DNA of 64,000 nt, taken from positions 7,397 to 71,396 of the forward strand of contig DASXLW010000080.1 of NCBI GenBank assembly GCA_036496025.1, written 5' to 3'. Positions 45,810 to 51,915 of the stretch are shown in pieces; position 1 is the first letter of the stretch, and the number at the start of each line of letters is the position of its first letter. Made by a program: the position numbers and the translations under genes. The stretch comes from Streptosporangiaceae bacterium (GTDB taxonomy: Bacteria > Actinomycetota > Actinomycetes > Streptosporangiales > Streptosporangiaceae). The notes under the pieces were generated by a model, which saw only the letters and a list, made by a program, of their open reading frames with translations, searched no databases and was not told where the DNA came from.

Positions 45810-46454
45810 ATGTCCGAGCGGTGGCGTCGGCCACACCTGGCCAGCCGCCGAAGCGTCCTGGCGATAGCGTCCGTGATGGCGCTGGCCGGCGTGCTGGCGC
45901 TGGCGGGCGGCTGCAGCTCGGCCGGGTCGTCGGCCGCGTCCGCCGGGGGCTCGTCACCGCTTGCTTCGGCCGGGCGCACCGCGTCGGCCGCTTCCCCGGG
46001 GCACTCTTCGCCCGCCGCGTCTGCCGGGCACTCCGCGCCGGCCACCTCTGACACGCTGACGCCCGCCCATCGGGAAGCGCTCGCCGACCGGTACCTGGCC
46101 ATCGCGGTGCCCGCGAACCACCGCCTGGACCACGAGGTGGAGGGGTTCGCCGATCACGAGCGCAGCGACCTCGCCGCGGCCGAGGCGGATCTACGCGCGG
46201 AAGCAGCCACCGAGCGTGGGTTCGGCCGGAGGCTGGCGGCGATCCCGTTTCCGCCCGGGATCGCCGCGATGGCTCGCGCGCTGATCCAGGCCAACCAGAG
46301 CCGGGCCGCGCTGACCGGCCGGCAGGCGCGGTCGGCCTCGCTCGCGCGGCTGCACTCGTTCGCCGCCCAGCGCCGGGCCGCCGACGCCGCGGTCGAGTTC
46401 GGCGCCCGCCTCATCCGCCGAGCCCTGGCCCTCCCCCCACCCTCGGAGAGCTAG
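45810..46454 (+). CDS. Putative lipoprotein
   Basis: ATG 45810. The signal peptide has the lipobox ..LALAGGC|SS. A Ser/Ala-rich linker is followed by a helical domain. Confidence 0.6.
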   Translation: MSERWRRPHLASRRSVLAIASVMALAGVLALAGGCSSAGSSAASAGGSSPLASAGRTASAASPGHSSPAASAGHSAPATSDTLTPAHREALADRYLAIAVPANHRLDHEVEGFADHERSDLAAAEADLRAEAATERGFGRRLAAIPFPPGIAAMARALIQANQSRAALTGRQARSASLARLHSFAAQRRAADAAVEFGARLIRRALALPPPSES

Positions 46455-46493
46455 CTGGCCGCCGCCCAGCCGCGCATGCGCCGGCGCGGGCGG

Positions 46494-47462
46494 TCAGGGG
46501 ATGAGGAGGACCCGGCCGAACGCCTGCCTGCTTTCGATGTACGCGTGCGCCTCGGCGGCCTGGTCGAGCGGGAACCGCCGGTCGATGACGACCCGGAGCT
46601 GGCCGGCCGCGATCTCGTCGAGCAGCCGGGCGATGACGTCGTGCGCGCGCCGGCCGACGAGCAGCTCCGCGCCGAGGAAGTATCCGGTGAGCGTCTGGTT
46701 GCTGGGGCGCATGCCGGAGATGTCTAGCCGCGAGGTGGTCTGCCTTCCGGCGTCTCCGAACGTCAGGCAGCGGCCGCGGTAGGCCAGGCACTGCAGGCTT
46801 TTCTGCAGGTTGGAGCCGCCGATCGAGTCCACGATGACGTCGGCGCCGTGCCCGCCGGTCAGGTGGCGCACGGCCTCGGCGAAGTCGGTGGAGGCGTAGT
46901 TGATACCGTCATCGAGGCCGTATTCGCGCAGGCGCCGCAGCCGCTCGTCACTGGATGCGGTGGCGAACACCCGGGCTCCGGCCTGGCTGGCGAGCTGGAT
47001 CGCGGCCAGGCCGACCCCGCTGGCTCCGGCGTGGATGAGCGTGATCTCGCGCGCCTGGAGCCGGCCGAACTCGAACAGGCAGTCGTGGGCCGTCCCGAAC
47101 GCCACCGGAACGCAGGCCGCCTCCTCGGTGGACAGCCGGTCGGGGATGAGCCAGCACAGTGACTCGCGCGTCGCCCGCAGCTCGGCGTGCGACCCGTCCG
47201 CCCCGACGGTGACGGCCCGGTCCCCGGCGGTGAACCCGGCCACGTTGATGCCCACGTCCAGCACGGTGCCGGCGCACTGGTAGCCGACGATGTGCGGGGC
47301 GGCCGCCAGCTCCCCGCGCAGCCGGTGCAGGGTGTCCCCGCCCTCGATGCTCACCGCCTCAACGCGGATGAGCACATCGTCCGGGCCGATGACCGGGTCA
47401 GGCACCTCTTCAACACGGAACACCTCGGGGCCGCCGGCCTCGTAGTACACAGCTGCTTTCAC
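46494..47462 (-). CDS. MDR-superfamily zinc-binding dehydrogenase / quinone oxidoreductase
   Basis: GTG 47462 has gggaagggaga upstream. ..VYYEAGGPEVF.. and ..IHAGASGVGLAAIQLA.. are present. Confidence 0.85.
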   Translation of the reverse strand: MKAAVYYEAGGPEVFRVEEVPDPVIGPDDVLIRVEAVSIEGGDTLHRLRGELAAAPHIVGYQCAGTVLDVGINVAGFTAGDRAVTVGADGSHAELRATRESLCWLIPDRLSTEEAACVPVAFGTAHDCLFEFGRLQAREITLIHAGASGVGLAAIQLASQAGARVFATASSDERLRRLREYGLDDGINYASTDFAEAVRHLTGGHGADVIVDSIGGSNLQKSLQCLAYRGRCLTFGDAGRQTTSRLDISGMRPSNQTLTGYFLGAELLVGRRAHDVIARLLDEIAAGQLRVVIDRRFPLDQAAEAHAYIESRQAFGRVLLIP

Positions 47463-47476
47463 CGCAGGTCTCCCTT

Positions 47477-47548
47477 CCCGTGCTGCCCTGCCGGCCCGTG
47501 CTGCCCTGCCGGCCCGTGCTGCCCTGCCGGCCCGTGCTGCTCTGCCGG
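47477..47548. repeat. 18-bp tandem repeat x4 abutting the SD of the downstream oxidoreductase
   Basis: cccgtgctgccctgccgg x3 is followed by cccgtgctgctctgccgg. The array lies between stop 47573 and start 47462 of two tandem MDR paralogues. Confidence 0.95.
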
Positions 47549-47572
47549 CCCGCCCTAACCCCCCGGCCCGCG

Positions 47573-48526
47573 CTAACCCGCCGGAGTGAGGACGATCTTG
47601 CCGAGCTTTCCGCCTGCCCTGAAAAGGTCGTACGCCTTGGCCGCCTCGTCAAGTCCGACAGTGGCCGCGACCGGAACCCGGATCCGGCCGGCCGTCACCA
47701 TGGGCAGGACCCGGTTCTCGAGCTGGCGGGCGAGAATCGCCTTCTCCTCCAGCGGGCGGGCGCGCAGCATCGAGGCGCTGATCCGGCCGCGCTTGATCAT
47801 CAGCGCGCGCAGGTCGAGTTCGCTGCTGGCGCCGGCGCCGACCCCGATGACCACGATGCGGCCGCCGGTGGCCAGGGAGCGGACGTTGTCGGCGAGGTTG
47901 CCCGCCCCGACAAGCTCGATGATCACGTCGAACGGCCCGTGCTCGGCGAAGCCCTCGGCGGCGACGACCTGGTCGGCGCCCAGCGCGGCGACCGCATCGC
48001 GGTTGCCGGGATTGCGGACCGTCGCGACCACCCGGGCCCCGGCGGCCGCGCCGAGTTGCACCGCAGCCGTGCCGACGCCTCCGGCGGCTCCGTGCACGAG
48101 GAGCGTCTCGCCGGCCTGCAGGGCGCCCTGGCCGAAGATCGCGTCGTAGGCGGTCATGAACGCCTCGGGGAAGCCGCCGGCGCCCGGCCAGCCGAGCCCT
48201 TCGGGCACCGGCATGAGCTGGCGCTGGTGCACCACGGCCAGCTCCGCCTGCGCGCCGCCGGCGACGACGGCCATGACCCGGTCGCCAGGGCTGAACCGCG
48301 TGGCGTTGGGGCCTACCTCGGCGACCTCGCCGGCCAGCTCCAGGCCGGGGATGTCCGCGGGCGCACCGAGGCCGGGCGGCGGCGGGTAATGGCCGAGCAC
48401 CTGCATCTGGTCGGCGCTGTTGAGCCCCGCCCCGCGCACGCGGACCAGGACCTCGCCGGCGCCCGGCGACGGGTCGGGGTGGTCGGCGATGACGATCTCG
48501 CGGTCGCGGATGGTGGCAGCACGCAC
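47573..48526 (-). CDS. NAD(P)H:quinone oxidoreductase (MDR superfamily)
   Basis: GTG 48526. ..VRGAGLNSADQMQ.. and ..VHGAAGGVGTAAVQL.. are present. Confidence 0.85.
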   Translation of the reverse strand: MRAATIRDREIVIADHPDPSPGAGEVLVRVRGAGLNSADQMQVLGHYPPPPGLGAPADIPGLELAGEVAEVGPNATRFSPGDRVMAVVAGGAQAELAVVHQRQLMPVPEGLGWPGAGGFPEAFMTAYDAIFGQGALQAGETLLVHGAAGGVGTAAVQLGAAAGARVVATVRNPGNRDAVAALGADQVVAAEGFAEHGPFDVIIELVGAGNLADNVRSLATGGRIVVIGVGAGASSELDLRALMIKRGRISASMLRARPLEEKAILARQLENRVLPMVTAGRIRVPVAATVGLDEAAKAYDLFRAGGKLGKIVLTPAG

Positions 48527-48619
48527 GGTCCCACTCCGATCTGAAGGCCCTCAGCGCCGCCCGTCGGCCCGGCGCGCGCGTGGTGGCCGCCCCGGTTCGG
48601 ACGCACCGGACTATGCAAT

Positions 48620-48645
48620 CTATCCCGGCGACCTATCCCGGCGAC
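48620..48645. repeat. 13-bp perfect tandem duplication spanning the stop codon of the HTH regulator gene
   Basis: ctatcccggcgac x2 (48620-48632 and 48633-48645). The second copy holds the last four codons plus TAG of the minus-strand CDS. Confidence 0.9.
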
Positions 48646-49346
48646 GGCGGACGCACGCAGACACAGCACAGTCCCGGTTCGGGCCGCAGGTCAGCGTGCA
48701 CGGTCTCGTTGCCCAGCCCGCGCAGCATGCCGTCGATCAACGCAGCATTCAGGGTGCAGACGAGTTGCCGCTGACGCTGGACTAGGGCATGGAACGGGCA
48801 ATTGCGCAGCACGAGCTCGCCGCGGTCATCACCGGCCGGCTCATAACCGAGCTGGTCGAGCAGGTCCTCGGCCGCGGCCATGGTGCGCTCCGGGCCGGGG
48901 TGTCCCAGGTTCCGCTGTTCCCGCAGGCCGGCGCCGAGCTGCCATCCCCGATCCCAGGCCACGCGCCGGGACACGTCAGCCGGCGAGCCACCACCCTGCT
49001 CCGCACCTGCCCGCGCCAGGCTGTCTATCAGGATCTCGCCCGCGAGCTCATAACGCCGCTGCGGCAGCGATACCGAGAACTCCCGGTCCGAGATCGAGTA
49101 GCGCTTGGGCGCCCGGCCAACTCGGCGGCGCACCCCCTGCGGTACCTCCTGGTCGGCTCGCAGCAGTCCCCGGTCGACCAGCTTGTCGAGGTGGAAGGCG
49201 GCCAGCTTGACCGAGATCCGCACGGCCTGAGCGGCCTCCTCGCGGGTCACCGGCCGGTTCTCGCGGCGCACGTAGCGGTACAGCGCCGAGCGCACCTCGT
49301 CGCCGAGCGCGGCGAGGGCCTGCAGCTGCCTCTCTTCCTTCACCAT
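48633..49346 (-). CDS. Winged-helix (ArsR/MarR-like) transcriptional regulator with a C-terminal Cys-containing domain
   Basis: The N-terminus ..LGDEVRSALYRYVRRENRPVTREEAAQAVRISVKLAAFHLDKLVDRGLL.. is the wHTH. The C-terminus carries ..LRNCPFHAL..LVCTLN.. Confidence 0.75.
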   Translation of the reverse strand: MVKEERQLQALAALGDEVRSALYRYVRRENRPVTREEAAQAVRISVKLAAFHLDKLVDRGLLRADQEVPQGVRRRVGRAPKRYSISDREFSVSLPQRRYELAGEILIDSLARAGAEQGGGSPADVSRRVAWDRGWQLGAGLREQRNLGHPGPERTMAAAEDLLDQLGYEPAGDDRGELVLRNCPFHALVQRQRQLVCTLNAALIDGMLRGLGNETVHADLRPEPGLCCVCVRPPSPG

Positions 49347-49424
49347 CTCATAATATCGCTAACGTAAGTGTTCGCTACGGTACAGACCACGCAAGTGAAC
49401 TGGGAACTGACCAGATAACACCCT

Positions 49425-49443
49425 TTAATATTAGTTATATTAA
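49425..49443. promoter_or_regulatory. Perfect inverted repeat TTAATAT-N5-ATATTAA in the AT-rich regulator / folE divergent region
   Basis: ttaatat tagtt atattaa. The surrounding 60 nt (49381-49440) are 23/60 GC by my count. Confidence 0.45.
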
Positions 49444-49488
49444 CCAAGCTGGCCGACGGCGCCCGCTGGCGCAAGGAAGGTGCCTCTC

Positions 49489-50112
49489 ATGACCACACTT
49501 ACCCCCGATCGGCTGGATTCCTCCCCAAGCCTGCCCCGGGCCGGGGAGCCGGGCGGCACGGTGGATCTGATGCGGGCCGAACGAGCGGTGGCCGACCTGC
49601 TCGGCGCGTTCGGCGTCGATCTGGGCCATGAGTCGCTGGCCGAGACGCCGGCCCGGGTGGCCAGGGCCTATGCCGAGCTGCTGTCGCCGCAGCCGTTCGA
49701 CCTCACCACGTTCCCCAACGACGAGGCCTACGACGAGCTGATCGTGATCAGGGACATCCCGTTCCACTCCCTCTGCGAGCACCACCTGCTGCCCTTCGTC
49801 GGGGTCGCTCACATCGGCTACCTGCCCGGCTCGCGCATCCTCGGGCTGTCCAAGTTCGCCCGGGTGGTCGAGCACTTTGCCCGGCGGCTGCAGGTCCAGG
49901 AGCGGCTGACGGCGCAGATCGCGCATTGGCTGGACGAGAATCTCGGTCCGCGGGGCGTCGGCGTGGTGCTCGAAGCCGAGCACCTGTGCATGTCCCTGCG
50001 GGGCGTGCGCGCCGCGGGAGCCCGCACGGTCACCTCGGCCCTGCACGGCACGGTGCGCCACGACGAGCGCACCCGGTCCGAATTCCTGGCCCTGGTCGGC
50101 GTCGGCGGCTGA
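49489..50112 (+). CDS. folE: GTP cyclohydrolase I
   Basis: ATG 49489 has aaggaagg 8 nt upstream, and GTG 49480 is an alternative. ..FHSLCEHHLLPF.. and ..GLSKFARVVE.. are present. Confidence 0.9.
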   Translation: MTTLTPDRLDSSPSLPRAGEPGGTVDLMRAERAVADLLGAFGVDLGHESLAETPARVARAYAELLSPQPFDLTTFPNDEAYDELIVIRDIPFHSLCEHHLLPFVGVAHIGYLPGSRILGLSKFARVVEHFARRLQVQERLTAQIAHWLDENLGPRGVGVVLEAEHLCMSLRGVRAAGARTVTSALHGTVRHDERTRSEFLALVGVGG

Positions 50113-50170
50113 CGCCGGCCAAGGCCCTCGACCGGCAAGAAGAGACCGTCGCCGTCGAGAGGAGATCGTC

Positions 50171-50681
50171 ATGACCGACGACCGCGGATTCGTCATCATC
50201 GGGGCCAGCCTGGCCGGAGCCAAGGCGGCTGAGACCCTGCGGGAAGAGGGCTTCGACGGGAGGATCACGCTCATCGGCGAGGAAGGCGACGTGGCCAGCG
50301 CGTGGCACCCCCTGTTTGCCCGCCGCATCCGGCTGGAGCACTGGTCCTCGGCGCTCAACGAGGGCCCGGCTGCGGCCAGGAACATGCTCGGCCGCCGCAC
50401 CCCGTACGAGCGGATCCCGTATTTCTACTGCGACCAGTACGACGTCGGCATGGAGTACTGGGGTACGCGCGCCCGGCTGGGACCAGGTCGTGTTCCGCGG
50501 CGATCCGGCCGGCCGGGAGTTCATCGCCTTCTGGCTCAAGGACGGGCGCGTCGTGGCCGGGATGAACGTCAACGTGTGGGACGTGGCCGACTCGATCGCG
50601 GCCCTGGTCGCGGCCGTCGGCCAGGTCGATCTTTCCCGCCTGCTCGACCCGGACGTGGAGCTGGCCTCGCTGGCCGGGTGA
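50171..50681 (+). pseudogene. Decayed ferredoxin-reductase-type FAD/NAD(P) oxidoreductase (internal deletion plus frameshift)
   Basis: The N-terminal Rossmann start FVIIGASLAGAKAAETLREEGFDGRITLIGEE runs straight into C-terminal-domain sequence (..HWSSALNEGPAAARNMLG..YFYCDQYDVGMEY). The conserved end (..GWDQVVFRGDPAGREFIAFWLKDGRVVAGMNVNVWDV..) continues in another frame (ORF 50316..50681). Confidence 0.65.
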
Positions 50682-50705
50682 TCGCGCGCACCGCGCCGCG
50701 TCGGC

Positions 50706-51812
50706 CTAGAACTCGATCGCGTAACGGGCGACGGCGTCCTCGTCCCAGGCCAGGCCGTTGCCGGGGACGTCCGGCGGGTGCAGGTGGCCCGCGCGGATCT
50801 CGAAGGGCTGAGCCAGGATCGGGTGCGCCCAGTCCTGCCACTCCAGCCAGTGTCCGGTCGGCGTGACCGGCAGCAGCTGACTGGACACCTCCGGGTACAG
50901 GTGGGAGGACATCGGGATCCCGGTCGCCTCGGCGATGGCGGCGGCCCGCAGCCACCCGGTCACGCCGCCGATGCGCATCAGGTCCGGCATGACCAGGTCG
51001 CACGCCCGGGCCCGCACCGCGTCGAGCATGGCCCGCGGGCCGTAGAAGTTCTCTCCCAGCATGACCGGGGTCGCGACCTGCTGGGCGAGCCTGGCGTGCC
51101 CGTCCAGGTCGTCATAGCGCAGCGGTTCCTCGATCCAGTCGATGCCCTCGGCATCCAGCGCGCGGCACCGGGTGAGCGCCTCTCCCAGAGTGAGCCCCTG
51201 GTTGTAGTCCACGACCAGGCTGACCTCGTCGCCGACCGCGGCGCGGACGTTGCGCACGGCCGCCAGGTCGTCGGCGGCACGAACCCGCCCCACCCTGACC
51301 TTGAGCGCGGTGAACCCGCCCTCGGCGACCAGCTCGAGCGCCTCATCGCTCACGGCATCGGGCGGGATGAGCCCGAGCCCGTTGCTGTTGTACGCCGGCA
51401 CCGGACCGTGGGTACCGCCCAGCAGGCGGGCCAGCGGCAGCCCTGCCGCCTGGGCCAGCGCGTCCCACAGCGCCATGTCCAGGCCGGCCACGGCCGACAA
51501 GGCCAGTCCCTGGTAGCCGGCCACCCCGAACCAGCCGCGGTAGGCCTCGAACGTGGTGACCGGCGTCACCGGCTGGCCGCGCAGCCCGGCGCCGAGGTCG
51601 CGCAGCGCAGGCAGCAGGGCGCGGGCCGCCGTGGTCCGGTAGGGCGCCAGGTAGCTGCGGCCGGTGATGTCCTGCTCGGTGGCCAGATCGACCAGCAGCA
51701 GCGGCCACTGCGCGAAGTCCCCGATCCTGGTGCGCAGTGGCCGCCGGAACGGCACCATCACGGCCCGGACGGTCACATCCCGCACCGTCAGCGGCGCATC
51801 CGCACTGGTCAT
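50706..51812 (-). CDS. Enolase-superfamily enzyme (mandelate racemase / muconate lactonizing family)
   Basis: ATG 51812. ..SAVAGLDMALWDALAQAAGLPLARLLGG.., ..VVDYNQG.. and ..WIEEPL.. are present. Confidence 0.85.
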   Translation of the reverse strand: MTSADAPLTVRDVTVRAVMVPFRRPLRTRIGDFAQWPLLLVDLATEQDITGRSYLAPYRTTAARALLPALRDLGAGLRGQPVTPVTTFEAYRGWFGVAGYQGLALSAVAGLDMALWDALAQAAGLPLARLLGGTHGPVPAYNSNGLGLIPPDAVSDEALELVAEGGFTALKVRVGRVRAADDLAAVRNVRAAVGDEVSLVVDYNQGLTLGEALTRCRALDAEGIDWIEEPLRYDDLDGHARLAQQVATPVMLGENFYGPRAMLDAVRARACDLVMPDLMRIGGVTGWLRAAAIAEATGIPMSSHLYPEVSSQLLPVTPTGHWLEWQDWAHPILAQPFEIRAGHLHPPDVPGNGLAWDEDAVARYAIEF

Positions 51813-51816
51813 CAGA

Positions 51817-51860
51817 TCTCCCTCCGAGCTTCCCCGCGTCTCTCTCCGAGCTTCCCCGCG
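51817..51860. repeat. 22-bp tandem duplication that includes the Shine-Dalgarno region of the enolase-superfamily gene
   Basis: tctccctccgagcttccccgcg (51817-51838) is followed by tctctctccgagcttccccgcg (51839-51860). On the coding strand the proximal copy reads ..ggagggaga-tctg-ATG. Confidence 0.85.
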
Positions 51861-51915
51861 GCCGAGGCGCTCAGCGTTACATGCTGTCCGCGCCATCCTC
51901 CACTACCGTGCCAAC

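Noticed and set aside
44726-46102. 458-aa minus-strand ORF spanning the PfpI end, an intergenic region and two plus-strand genes
   Set aside because: It crosses gene boundaries and a divergent promoter region. The composition is non-coding-like.
47477-47548. Tandem repeat arrays (also 14423-14506, 36548-36668 and 25489-25650) as CRISPR arrays
   Set aside because: The units are directly abutting with no unique spacers. They are 13-60 bp with degenerate copies, and no cas genes are in the window.
50171-50866. 231-aa ORF as an intact gene
   Set aside because: Only the first 100 or so aa resemble a flavoprotein. The rest is Arg/Gly-rich frameshift read-through that overlaps the convergent enolase-superfamily gene. 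It is called a pseudogene instead.
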